From assembly GCA_019117205.1 (NCBI GenBank), contig DXAC01000024.1, forward strand, positions 1,114-65,113: DNA of 64,000 nucleotides, given 5' to 3'. This DNA is from Candidatus Allofournierella merdigallinarum. Lineage in GTDB: Bacteria; Bacillota; Clostridia; Oscillospirales; Ruminococcaceae. Both the position numbers and the translations under genes were made by a program. Positions 25,009-33,345 of this stretch are shown one piece after another. Under the pieces are notes generated by a model. That model was not told the origin of the DNA, ran no database searches, and saw only the letters and a list, made by a program, of their open reading frames with translations. Numbering within the stretch: position 1 is the stretch's first letter; the number at the start of each line of letters is the position of its first letter.

Positions 25009-26496
25009 TCACAGGCCGTTGGCCGCGTTGTAGGCAGACGCCAGGGAGTTGGTGTTCTTGATGAGGATGTGCATGGCCACCCAGGGGCCGATGCCGCACA
25101 GCAGCATACCCACCAGGTACCACAGCAGCACGGTGGTGCCGTTCTCCTGGAACGCGATGCCATAGCGGGGGGCGTTGGCCGCCAGCCGGTTGCCCAGCTT
25201 GTACTCCCAGTACAGGCCGTAGAAGCCGCAGGTGACAAAGTTCAGCAGGATAAAGGCCAGCAGGCCGCCGGTCTTCTCCCCGTCGTCCCGGCACATGATG
25301 TTCACGTCCCGGGCAATGGAATAGATGAAGTAGTAGCCATAGATGCCGCAGGTGACAAGGGAGAGCAGGATGTACATGATCAGGCTGCGGTTGGTCTGGA
25401 TGCGAACGGCCGGATAGCCCGCCGCCTGGTACTGGACGGCCTGGGCCTGCTGCTGGGCCTGATGGGCGTCGTAAGCGCTCTTGGCGGAGGCAGCGGCGGC
25501 GCCGGCCTGCTGCTGTACCTCTCCCGCGCCTTTCTTCAGCGCGTCCAGCAGGATGGCGAACTTGCCGGCGGGGTCGTCCACGATGGTCTTGGGGTCCGGC
25601 GCCTCTTTCATCAGATGGAGGAGACCCCACACGCCGCCCAGGCACACCGCCAGCCAGAAGATAAGGCCGATCAGCTCGCCAATGGCGCTGAGCAGCATGG
25701 AGAAAGTGAAGAACTGGTAGAGCACGACGTTGAAGAAAATGGAGAGCAGCGTGCCCAGCAGGCTGGAGACCAGCGTCAGCGCCGCGCCGCCCGCCACGCC
25801 AAAGACCAGGGCGTCGGTGTTTTCCCTGGTGCGGCGCCAGGCAAGCAGCACCAGGGCCAGGGCCATCACCAGATAGCCCGCCAGGCCCACCAGGTTCACG
25901 GGGATGTACAGGATGGCGTTGAAGGACTGGTAGAAGATCACCGCGCGCAGGTTGCTGAACACATAGCCCACATACCGCAGCGCGTTGAGGGCGCTGATCA
26001 CCCCGCCGGCGGTGGCGAAGATCTTCAGCAGCAGGTCATAATTGGTGCCGCCGGCAGCGGGCGCCACCGGCGCGCCGTAGGCCGGCGGGGGCGGGGCCAC
26101 GGGAGGCTGCTGGCCGGCGCCCGGCGGGGGAACGGCCGGCCCGGGGATGGGCGCGGGCTCCGGCTGGGGCGCGGGCTCCGGCTGAGGCGCGGGTTCCGGG
26201 ATGGGGGTCGGCGCGGGCTGGGGCGCGGGCTCCGGGATGGGCGCGGGCTCGATCACCAGTTCAGGGGCCGGGGGCTCGCCCACCGGCTCCACCGGCGGGA
26301 TCACCAGCTCGGGAACGGGGGACTGGGCCTCCGGCGCGCCCGTGGCGCCGTCCAAAGGGGGCAGCGCAGAGGGGTCCAGGCGCTCGGTGGCAGGGCCGGT
26401 GAAGACCACAGGCTCGGCAGTGGTTTGCGCGGCGCCGCAATGGGGGCAGAATTTGCTGCCCTCCGCCAGCTCGCCGCCGCAGTTCTTACAATACAT
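25009..26496 (-). CDS. Zinc-ribbon / proline-rich / multi-TM / DUF4234-domain membrane protein
   Basis: N-terminal 'CKNCGGELAEGSKFCPHCG', a ~130-aa Pro-rich spacer (PEPAPQ repeats), ~5 hydrophobic segments, a Q/A-rich linker, then a C-terminal DUF4234-like module ('LVTCGIYGYYFIY', 'FVTCGFYGLYWEYKLG'). AGGAGGAG SD. Confidence 0.75.
   Translation of the reverse strand: MYCKNCGGELAEGSKFCPHCGAAQTTAEPVVFTGPATERLDPSALPPLDGATGAPEAQSPVPELVIPPVEPVGEPPAPELVIEPAPIPEPAPQPAPTPIPEPAPQPEPAPQPEPAPIPGPAVPPPGAGQQPPVAPPPPAYGAPVAPAAGGTNYDLLLKIFATAGGVISALNALRYVGYVFSNLRAVIFYQSFNAILYIPVNLVGLAGYLVMALALVLLAWRRTRENTDALVFGVAGGAALTLVSSLLGTLLSIFFNVVLYQFFTFSMLLSAIGELIGLIFWLAVCLGGVWGLLHLMKEAPDPKTIVDDPAGKFAILLDALKKGAGEVQQQAGAAAASAKSAYDAHQAQQQAQAVQYQAAGYPAVRIQTNRSLIMYILLSLVTCGIYGYYFIYSIARDVNIMCRDDGEKTGGLLAFILLNFVTCGFYGLYWEYKLGNRLAANAPRYGIAFQENGTTVLLWYLVGMLLCGIGPWVAMHILIKNTNSLASAYNAANGL
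26141..26250 (-). repeat. Imperfect 18-bp tandem repeats inside the CDS (encode PEPAPQ-type hexapeptides)
   Basis: Units GCGCGGGCTCCGGCTGGG / GCGCGGGCTCCGGCTGAG / GCGCGGGTTCCGGGATGG / ... / GCGCGGGCTCCGGGATGG read on the plus strand. The peptide is 'PIPEPAPQPAPTPIPEPAPQPEPAPQPEPAPIPGP'. Confidence 0.8.
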
Positions 26497-26514
26497 GATT
26501 CACTCCTCCTATCT

Positions 26515-26913
26515 TTACGGCAAAAGGCCAGGCAGTTGCCGCAGAGTACGAACGATGAGCCCCGTCTCGGGGGCGAACACCACCACCTGATCGGTGGGGT
26601 CGGCCATCCGCACCGCGTACACCGCCACAAAGGCGAGAGCCGCGGCCCAGACAAGGCCCTGGAACAGCCGCCGGGGCATCCGGCGGCGGAAAAGAAACAC
26701 CAGCGCGGCCAAGGGCACCACCCAGAACAGGGGGTGGCAGGCAAAGGCCTCCGCCCAGTGGCCGCCCGGCACCGCCAGCCAGGCGCGGGTCATGCCGCAC
26801 CCGGCGCAGGAGACGCCGGTGAGCGCCTTGATGGGGCAGCCGACGCCCAGAAAATGCAGCGCCGTGTACAGGGCGGCGATCAGGGCAACGGCGGCCAGGT
26901 CCTGCTTTTTCAA
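26515..26913 (-). CDS. DUF2752-like membrane protein
   Basis: 132 aa with a TTG start. 'GVGCPIKALTGVSCAGCGMTRAW' cysteine motif followed by TM segments, as I recall for DUF2752. Confidence 0.7.
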   Translation of the reverse strand: MKKQDLAAVALIAALYTALHFLGVGCPIKALTGVSCAGCGMTRAWLAVPGGHWAEAFACHPLFWVVPLAALVFLFRRRMPRRLFQGLVWAAALAFVAVYAVRMADPTDQVVVFAPETGLIVRTLRQLPGLLP

Positions 26914-26938
26914 CCCCCGTCGCCCTCCTCTCGCCGGC

Positions 26939-28306
26939 TCAGTTCTTCAGCGCCTGCATGGGGGCGGGGATGCGTCCGCCCCGGTCGATGAACACCTTGG
27001 GGCTGTATTTGCTGATGGGCAAAATGGGCGCGTAGCCCAAAAGGCCGCCGAAGTCCAGCTCCTCGCCGGCCGAACGGCCAATGGCGGGGATCACCCGCAC
27101 GGCGGTGGTCTTGCTGTTCACCATGCCGATGGCCGCCTCGTCGGCGATCAGGGCGCTGATGACCTCCGCCGGGGTGTCGCCGGGGATGACCACCATGTCG
27201 ATGCCCACGCTGCAAACGGCGGTCATGGCCTCCAGCTTCTCCATGCACAGGCTGCCCCGGCGCACCGCCTGGATCATGCCCTCGTCCTCGCTCACCGGGA
27301 TAAAGGCGCCGGACAGGCCGCCCACGTGGTTGGAGGCCATCACGCCGCCCTTTTTCACCGCGTCGTTGAGCAGGGCAAGGGCGGCGGTGGTGCCGCACTG
27401 GCCGCAGCTTTCCAGGCCCATCTCCTCCAGGATGTTGGCCACGCTGTCGCCAATGGCGGGGGTGGGGGCCAGACTCAGGTCCACGATGCCAAAGGGCACC
27501 CCCAGCTCTTTGGCGGCCAGGTTGCCCACCAGCTGGCCCATGCGGGTGATCTTGAAAGCGGTGCGCTTGATAAGCTCGGCAACTTCGTCCAGCGGCGCGT
27601 CCTTGGGCAGCTTTGCCAGCGCCGCCCGCACCGCGCCGGGGCCGGAAACCCCCACGTGTACCACGCAGTCCGGCTCGCCCACGCCGTGGAAAGCGCCCGC
27701 CATAAAGGGGTTGTCCTCCGGCGCGTTGCAGAACACCACCAGCTTGGCGGCGCCCATGCACTGGTCCGCGGCGGTGGCCTCGGCGGCCTCGCGCACCACC
27801 CGGCCCATCCGCTTCACCGCGTCCATGTTCAGCCCCGTCTTGGTGGAGCCGATGTTCACGCTGCTGCAAACGACGTCCGTCTCGGCCAAAGCGCGGGGGA
27901 TGGCCTCGATCAGCCGCTCGTCGCCGGCGGAAAAGCCCTTGTGTACCAGCGCGCCGAAGCCGCCGATGAAGTTCACGCCCACCGTTTTGGCCGCTTTGTC
28001 CAGGGCCTTGGCGTAGTCCACCGGGTCGGCGTCGGGGGCGGAAGCCAGCAGCATGGCGATGGGAGTCACGCTGATGCGCTTGTTGATGATGGGGATGCCG
28101 TAGTCGGTGCTGATGCGCTCCACCACCTCCACCAGCCGCGCGGCGCGGGTGGTGATCTTGTTGTAGATCTTCTCACAGGCGCGGGCGGGGTCGGGGTCGG
28201 CGCAGTCCAGCAGGCTGATGCCCATGGTCACGGTGCGAACGTCCAGGTTCTCGCCGGTGATCATGTGGATGGTTTCCATGATGTCGCGGGTGTTGATCAT
28301 GCTCAT
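26939..28306 (-). CDS. UPF0210 (DUF711) family protein
   Basis: 455 aa. '[27 protein letters not shown]' is the characteristic UPF0210 N-terminus. GGGAGG SD. Confidence 0.85.
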   Translation of the reverse strand: MSMINTRDIMETIHMITGENLDVRTVTMGISLLDCADPDPARACEKIYNKITTRAARLVEVVERISTDYGIPIINKRISVTPIAMLLASAPDADPVDYAKALDKAAKTVGVNFIGGFGALVHKGFSAGDERLIEAIPRALAETDVVCSSVNIGSTKTGLNMDAVKRMGRVVREAAEATAADQCMGAAKLVVFCNAPEDNPFMAGAFHGVGEPDCVVHVGVSGPGAVRAALAKLPKDAPLDEVAELIKRTAFKITRMGQLVGNLAAKELGVPFGIVDLSLAPTPAIGDSVANILEEMGLESCGQCGTTAALALLNDAVKKGGVMASNHVGGLSGAFIPVSEDEGMIQAVRRGSLCMEKLEAMTAVCSVGIDMVVIPGDTPAEVISALIADEAAIGMVNSKTTAVRVIPAIGRSAGEELDFGGLLGYAPILPISKYSPKVFIDRGGRIPAPMQALKN

Positions 28307-28322
28307 TGCAACCGCCTCCCGC

Positions 28323-28592
28323 TCAAATGTGGTGCATCGCGTCGAACACTTCTTCGCGGGTCAGGTGCAGCTCCATGTTCATCTTGGCGGCCACCCCGTC
28401 CAGGGCGGCGCGCACGGTGGCCATGGGCGCGGTGCAGTGCTGCAGGTTCACCAGCATGATCATGCAGAACATATCCTGCATGATGCTCTGGGTAACGTCC
28501 TCGATGTTGATGTTCAGCTCGGCGCAGACCTGGCTGACCCGGGCGACCACGCCCACGGTGTCCCGGCCCACAACGGTGATAACAGCTTTCAT
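28323..28592 (-). CDS. ACT domain protein, UPF0237 family
   Basis: 89 aa. '[35 protein letters not shown]' is an ACT fold. The GAGAGGA SD fits the ATG at 28592 and not the upstream ATG at 28613. Confidence 0.85.
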   Translation of the reverse strand: MKAVITVVGRDTVGVVARVSQVCAELNINIEDVTQSIMQDMFCMIMLVNLQHCTAPMATVRAALDGVAAKMNMELHLTREEVFDAMHHI

Positions 28593-28657
28593 GGTTCGTT
28601 CCTCTCTTTCCACCCCAAAGGGCCCCCTCGGCGGCGGCTCTTTTTCCTAATGGCTCC

Positions 28658-28666
28658 ATTATACCA
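28658..28666 (-). promoter_or_regulatory. Candidate extended -10 element for the ACT/UPF0210 operon
   Basis: Minus strand TGgTATAAT. No convincing -35 box. About 65-nt leader to the ATG. Confidence 0.4.
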
Positions 28667-28759
28667 GATTTTCATCGGAATTTGTTTACTTTGCACCGGT
28701 TTTTTTTTATAATTAAAAAATACACCGCAATATTACAACAAAGAACCGAGGGAATGGAT

Positions 28760-29239
28760 ATGGAACGTCTGTTGCAGCTTTTGGAAGAGAACGCCCGCCT
28801 GTCGGTGGAGGAGCTGGCCGCCATGCTCCAGGAGACCCCCGCCGCCGTGGCCGCCAAGATGGACGAATACACCAAAGAGGGGATCATCCGGGGCTACAAG
28901 GCCCTGGTGGACTGGGAGAAGATCAACGCCGACCGGGTCAAGGCCGTTATCGAACTGCGGGTACGCCCCAAGAAGAGCCGCGGCTTTGACGAGATCGCCT
29001 CCGCCATCGCCTGCTACGACGAGGTGCAGAGCGTGCTTTTGATGAGCGGCGCCTACGACCTGCAGCTCATCCTCACCGGCCGCAGCTTCCAGGAGATCGC
29101 CCTGTTCGTGGCCAAGCGCCTGGCCCCCATGGACGACGTGCTGTCCACCGCCACCCACTTCGTGCTCCGCACCTATAAAAAGGACGGCGTGGTCTACGTG
29201 GACGAGGAAAAGGACGAGAGGGAGTGGGCCACGCTGTGA
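28760..29239 (+). CDS. AsnC/Lrp family transcriptional regulator
   Basis: 'MERLLQLLEENARLSVEELAAMLQETPAAVAAKMDEY' HTH plus a C-terminal RAM/AsnC_trans_reg domain. The second ATG (28760) has correct SD spacing. Confidence 0.85.
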   Translation: MERLLQLLEENARLSVEELAAMLQETPAAVAAKMDEYTKEGIIRGYKALVDWEKINADRVKAVIELRVRPKKSRGFDEIASAIACYDEVQSVLLMSGAYDLQLILTGRSFQEIALFVAKRLAPMDDVLSTATHFVLRTYKKDGVVYVDEEKDEREWATL

Positions 29240-30420
29240 TGGATTACGATAAGATCATCTCCCCCGCGGCGGCGGCCATGCGGCCCAGCGGCATCCGCAA
29301 GTTCTTCGACCTTGCCGCCGAGATGGAGGGCTGTATCAGCCTGGGCGTGGGCGAGCCGGACTTCAAGACCCCCTGGCGCATCCGGGACGCGGGCATCCGC
29401 AGCCTGGAAAAGGGGCGCACCAGCTACACCGCCAACGCCGGCCTCAAGGAACTGCGGCTGGAGATCGCCGCCTACATGAAGCTCCGCTTTGGCCTGGAGT
29501 ACACCGACCCCATGCACGAGATCCTGGTCACCGTGGGCGGCAGCGAGGCCATCGACATGGCCATCCGCAGCCTGGTGGCCCCGGGGGACGAGGTCATCAT
29601 CCCCGAGCCCTGCTTTGTCTGCTACCAGCCCATCACCACCCTCACAGGCGGCGTGCCGGTGCCGGTGCCGCTGAAAGCGGAAAACGAGTTCCGCCTCACC
29701 GCCGAGGAGCTGAAAGCCGCCATCACCCCCAGGACCAAGCTGCTGGTGCTGCCTTTCCCCTGCAACCCCACCGGCGCGGTGATGGAGCGCCAGCATCTGG
29801 AGGCCATCGCCCAGGTGCTGCGGGGCACCGACGTCATGGTGCTCTCGGACGAAATTTATGCCGAGCTGAACTACGGCACCGAGCGCCATGTGAGCATCGC
29901 CAGCCTGCCGGGCATGGCCGAGCGCACCATCGTGGTGAACGGCTTCTCCAAGGCCTTTGCCATGACCGGCTGGCGCCTGGGCTACGCCTGCGGCCCCGCC
30001 CCGGTGATGAAGATCCTGACCAAGCTCCACCAGAACTGCATCATGTGCGCCCCCACCACCAGCCAGTACGCGGCGGTGGTGGCCATGCGGGAGTGCGACG
30101 ACGAGATCGAGCGTATGCGCCGGGAGTACGATATGCGCCGGCGGCTTCTGGTCAAGCGGTTCAACGACATGGGCCTTGCCTGTTTTGAGCCCAAGGGGGC
30201 CTTTTATGTCTTCCCCAGCATCCAGTCCACCGGCCTTTCCAGCGCCGAGTTCTGCGAAAAGCTGCTGTACAGCCAGAAAGTGGCGGTGGTGCCCGGCACC
30301 GCGTTCGGCGACTCGGGCGAGGGCTTCGTGCGGGTGAGCTATGCCTACTCGGTGAGCCATCTGTCCGAGGCGCTGGGCCGCATCGAGCGTTTCCTGGAGG
30401 AGCTGCGCGCGGATGGATGA
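29239..30420 (+). CDS. Class I/II PLP-dependent aminotransferase (AlaT/YugH-like)
   Basis: 'PSGIRKFFDLAAEMEGCISLGVGEPDF'. PLP-lysine region 'NGFSKAFAMTGWRLGY'. The ATG overlaps the regulator stop (TGATG). Confidence 0.88.
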   Translation: MDYDKIISPAAAAMRPSGIRKFFDLAAEMEGCISLGVGEPDFKTPWRIRDAGIRSLEKGRTSYTANAGLKELRLEIAAYMKLRFGLEYTDPMHEILVTVGGSEAIDMAIRSLVAPGDEVIIPEPCFVCYQPITTLTGGVPVPVPLKAENEFRLTAEELKAAITPRTKLLVLPFPCNPTGAVMERQHLEAIAQVLRGTDVMVLSDEIYAELNYGTERHVSIASLPGMAERTIVVNGFSKAFAMTGWRLGYACGPAPVMKILTKLHQNCIMCAPTTSQYAAVVAMRECDDEIERMRREYDMRRRLLVKRFNDMGLACFEPKGAFYVFPSIQSTGLSSAEFCEKLLYSQKVAVVPGTAFGDSGEGFVRVSYAYSVSHLSEALGRIERFLEELRADG

Positions 30421-31567
30421 CCGGGTCTTCTTCGCCGCCGCGCCCCGCTACGACGCCGAAACGGTGGACCGGGCGGTGGAGGCTCTGCTGGCGCAGCTGC
30501 CCGCCGCCGCCCTGCTCGGCCCCGGCAAAAAGGTGCTGCTGAAGCCCAACCTGCTCTCCGGTACCGCCCCCGAAAGGGCGGTGACCACCCACCCGGCGGT
30601 GGTGGCGGCGGTGATCCGCGCCGCGAAGCGCCGGGGGGTGGCGGCGTCGGACATCGCTGTGGCCGACTCCCCCGGCGGGCCTCACACCGCCGGCCGGGTG
30701 AAAGCCGCCTGGAAGATCAGCGGCATCGCTGCCGTCTGCGCCGCGGAGGGGGCTGTCCTTGTTGCCGGCGGCGCCGGCGGCGAGGCCCCCAGGGCCGGGG
30801 GTGCGAAGCGCCGGTTCACCCTGCTGGAGCCGGTGCTGGCGGCGGACGTGATCATCGACCTGCCCAAGTTCAAGACCCACATGATGACCGGCCTTTCGGC
30901 GGCCACCAAAAACCTGTTCGGCTGCATCCCCGGCCTGCAAAAGGCCGAGTGGCACATGCGCTGCCCGAAAAAAGAGGACTTCGGCGACATGCTCGTCGAC
31001 CTGCTGCTCACCGTCAGACCCTCTTTCGCGGTGCTGGACGCCGTCACCGCCCACGAGGGCAACGGCCCCAGCGGTGGCAGCCCCCGGGCCACCGGCTTTC
31101 TGGCCGCGTCGGAAAACCTGCTGTCGATGGATCTTGCGTTGTGCGCCATGGCGGGCCTCGCGCCCGGGCAGGTGCCCTATCTGGCGGCGGCCCACGGGCG
31201 CGGCCTGTGCCCCGCCGCCTTTGACCCGGCCCTGGCCGCCGGCGAGACGGCGCTGTTCAAACCGGTGGAGCACTTCCGCCTGCCGGACTCCTGGCGCAGG
31301 ATGAACTTTTCCGACTCCGCCCCCCGCCCGGTGCGCTGGGCGGTGCCGGCGGTGGAAAAATGGGTGGCGCCCCGGCCGGTGATCGACCCGGGGCGCTGCA
31401 TCGGCTGCGGCCGGTGCGCCGAGATCTGCCCCCAGAACACCATCGGGCTGAAAAACAAAAAGGCTCACATCAAGCCCAAAGCCTGCATCCGCTGCTTTTG
31501 CTGCCACGAGGTCTGCCCAGTGCAGGCCATCGACACGAAACGGTTTTTCCTCTTTAAGAAACTGTGA
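30413..31567 (+). CDS. DUF362 domain protein with C-terminal 2x[4Fe-4S] ferredoxin module
   Basis: 'KVLLKPNLL...HP', 'DLPKFKTHMMTG' are DUF362-like. 'CIGCGRCAEICP' and 'CIRCFCCHEVCP' are ferredoxin motifs. Overlaps the aminotransferase stop by 8 nt. Confidence 0.75.
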   Translation: MDDRVFFAAAPRYDAETVDRAVEALLAQLPAAALLGPGKKVLLKPNLLSGTAPERAVTTHPAVVAAVIRAAKRRGVAASDIAVADSPGGPHTAGRVKAAWKISGIAAVCAAEGAVLVAGGAGGEAPRAGGAKRRFTLLEPVLAADVIIDLPKFKTHMMTGLSAATKNLFGCIPGLQKAEWHMRCPKKEDFGDMLVDLLLTVRPSFAVLDAVTAHEGNGPSGGSPRATGFLAASENLLSMDLALCAMAGLAPGQVPYLAAAHGRGLCPAAFDPALAAGETALFKPVEHFRLPDSWRRMNFSDSAPRPVRWAVPAVEKWVAPRPVIDPGRCIGCGRCAEICPQNTIGLKNKKAHIKPKACIRCFCCHEVCPVQAIDTKRFFLFKKL

Positions 31568-31579
31568 GGTGAACGCACC

Positions 31580-32467
31580 ATGAAACAGGTCACCGTGCTG
31601 GCCCCGGCCAAGCTCAACCTGACGCTGGACGTCACCGGCATCCTGCCGGGGGGCTACCACGCCCTGGACATGATCATGCAGGCCATCACCCTCTACGAGC
31701 GGGTGACCCTGCACAAAAGCCGGGACCTGCGCCTGCGGCTGCCGGGCAGCCGGGTGCCTCCGAACGAAAAGAACACCGCCTACAAGGCGGCGCTGGCCTT
31801 TTTCCACTACACCGGCCTGTTGGCCGGCGTGGAGATGGAGGTGCGAAAGGTCACCCCGGTGCGGGCGGGCATGGCGGGCGGCAGCGCCGACGCCGCGGCC
31901 GTGCTGGTGGGGCTCAACGCCCTGTACGACGCCCGCCTTTCCATGAGCGAGCTGTGCGCTTTGGGGGCCTCCATCGGGGCGGACGTGCCCTTTGCCCTGC
32001 TGGGCGGCACCTGCCGGGTGCAGGGCAAGGGGGACCTGCTGCGGCCGCTGCCTCCCTGCCCGGACTGCCGCTTTGTGGTGGCGATGCCCAGCGTGGGGGT
32101 GAGCACCCCCGCCGCCTTTGCCGCCTACGATGAGGTGGGCAGCACCGTCCACCCCAGCGGCGAGGCCGCCGAGGCCGCCGTGCGGGCGGGGGACCTGGAG
32201 GCCCTGTGCGCCGCGGCGGGCAACGCCCTGGAGGAGTGCAGCGGGGCCAAAGAGACGCCCCGCATCAAGGCGCTGCTGCGCCAGCAAGGGGCGCTCACCG
32301 CCCTGATGACCGGCAGCGGCGCGGCGGTGTTCGGCATCTTCGACGACCCGGAAAAGGCCGAGGCGGCCCGGGCCGCGCTGGCGGCGGAATACCGGCAGGT
32401 CTACATAGCCGCCCCCGACCGGGGCGGGGCCCGGGTGCTGGCGGCAAAACGCCCCCGGCCTGAATAA
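31580..32467 (+). CDS. ispE: 4-diphosphocytidyl-2-C-methyl-D-erythritol kinase
   Basis: 'APAKLNLTLDV' and the GHMP motif 'PVRAGMAGGSADAAA'. Confidence 0.9.
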   Translation: MKQVTVLAPAKLNLTLDVTGILPGGYHALDMIMQAITLYERVTLHKSRDLRLRLPGSRVPPNEKNTAYKAALAFFHYTGLLAGVEMEVRKVTPVRAGMAGGSADAAAVLVGLNALYDARLSMSELCALGASIGADVPFALLGGTCRVQGKGDLLRPLPPCPDCRFVVAMPSVGVSTPAAFAAYDEVGSTVHPSGEAAEAAVRAGDLEALCAAAGNALEECSGAKETPRIKALLRQQGALTALMTGSGAAVFGIFDDPEKAEAARAALAAEYRQVYIAAPDRGGARVLAAKRPRPE

Positions 32468-32491
32468 AACAAAAAGAGCGCGTCTATACTT

Positions 32492-33151
32492 TTGGCAGAT
32501 GTTACCAAAAGAAAGGACGTGCTTTTTTTGTTCTCTTTCGTTTCGCTGCCCCGCCCGGGCCGCCGTGCCCTGTGGGAGGCCAGCCTGGCGCTGGGCCTTG
32601 TGCTGGCGGTGGTACTTACCTGCAAGATGTCCAGCTTCTGCGCCCTGGCGGACCAGGTGCGGGAAAACACCCTGCGGCTGCACGTGCAGGCCAACTCCGA
32701 CTCGGCGGCCGACCAGGCCCTGAAGCTGGCCGTGCGGGACGCCATCCTGGAGGAGCTTGGCCCCCGGTTCGCCGCGGCCGAGAGCGAGGCCCAGGCGGCG
32801 GCCATCGCCCAAGAGAGCCTGCCGGAGCTGGAGGACTGCGTCCGGCGCACCCTGGACGCCGCCCACAGCGAGCTGGCGGTGCGGGTCTACCTCACCGAGA
32901 TGTACTTCGACACCACCTGCTACGAGGACTTCACCCTGCCCGCCGGGCGCTACCAGGCCCTGCGGGTGGAGCTGGGGGCCCACGCGGGCAAAAACTGGTT
33001 CTGCGTGCTCTACCCCGGCCTGTGCCTGCCCGCCGCCCAGGGGGCGGTGTACCCCACCGAGGCCCAGCAGGGGCTGGTGGAGTCCCCCGGCGTGGAGGTG
33101 CGCTTCGCCGCCCTGGAGTGGTGGCAGCACCTCACCGGCGCGGCGGGGTGA
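32492..33151 (+). CDS. spoIIR: Stage II sporulation protein R
   Basis: 'LRLHVQANSDSAADQALKLAVRDAILEEL' and 'NWFCVLYPGLC' are SpoIIR hallmarks. Start uncertain: TTG 32492, GTG 32519 and TTG 32528 are all in frame. Confidence 0.8.
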   Translation: MADVTKRKDVLFLFSFVSLPRPGRRALWEASLALGLVLAVVLTCKMSSFCALADQVRENTLRLHVQANSDSAADQALKLAVRDAILEELGPRFAAAESEAQAAAIAQESLPELEDCVRRTLDAAHSELAVRVYLTEMYFDTTCYEDFTLPAGRYQALRVELGAHAGKNWFCVLYPGLCLPAAQGAVYPTEAQQGLVESPGVEVRFAALEWWQHLTGAAG

Positions 33152-33157
33152 GACGTT

Positions 33158-33197
33158 GGCCGGGCCGGCCTGCCCTTTTGGGGACAGGCCGGCCCGG
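33158..33197 (+). terminator. GC-rich hairpin after spoIIR (weak U-tract)
   Basis: GCCGGGCCGGCCTGCCC / GGACAGGCCGGCCCGGC with one mismatch and loop TTTTGG. The tail ATTGTACATT is only moderately T-rich. Confidence 0.5.
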
Positions 33198-33274
33198 CAT
33201 TGTACATTCTCCCACAAAATGATAATATTACCATAGCGCAGTTGTGGGAAATGTTGCCAAAACTTTAATAATTG

Positions 33275-33303
33275 TTGCAAAAAAGCGAAAAATGTGGTAT
33301 CAT
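33275..33303 (+). promoter_or_regulatory. Candidate extended -10 promoter for LacI-GH30 unit
   Basis: TTGCAA (33275-33280), 17-nt spacer, TGgTATCAT (33295-33303). Bracketed by a 12-bp direct repeat AAGCGAAAAATG (33283-33294 and 33306-33317). Confidence 0.6.
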
Positions 33304-33345
33304 AGAAGCGAAAAATGATAACGATAACATTTTGGAGGAGACGCC

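Noticed and set aside
26141-26250. 18-bp tandem repeats as a CRISPR-like or intergenic minisatellite array
   Set aside because: The units are contiguous with no spacers, lie in frame inside a CDS and encode a proline-rich linker. No cas genes are present in the window.
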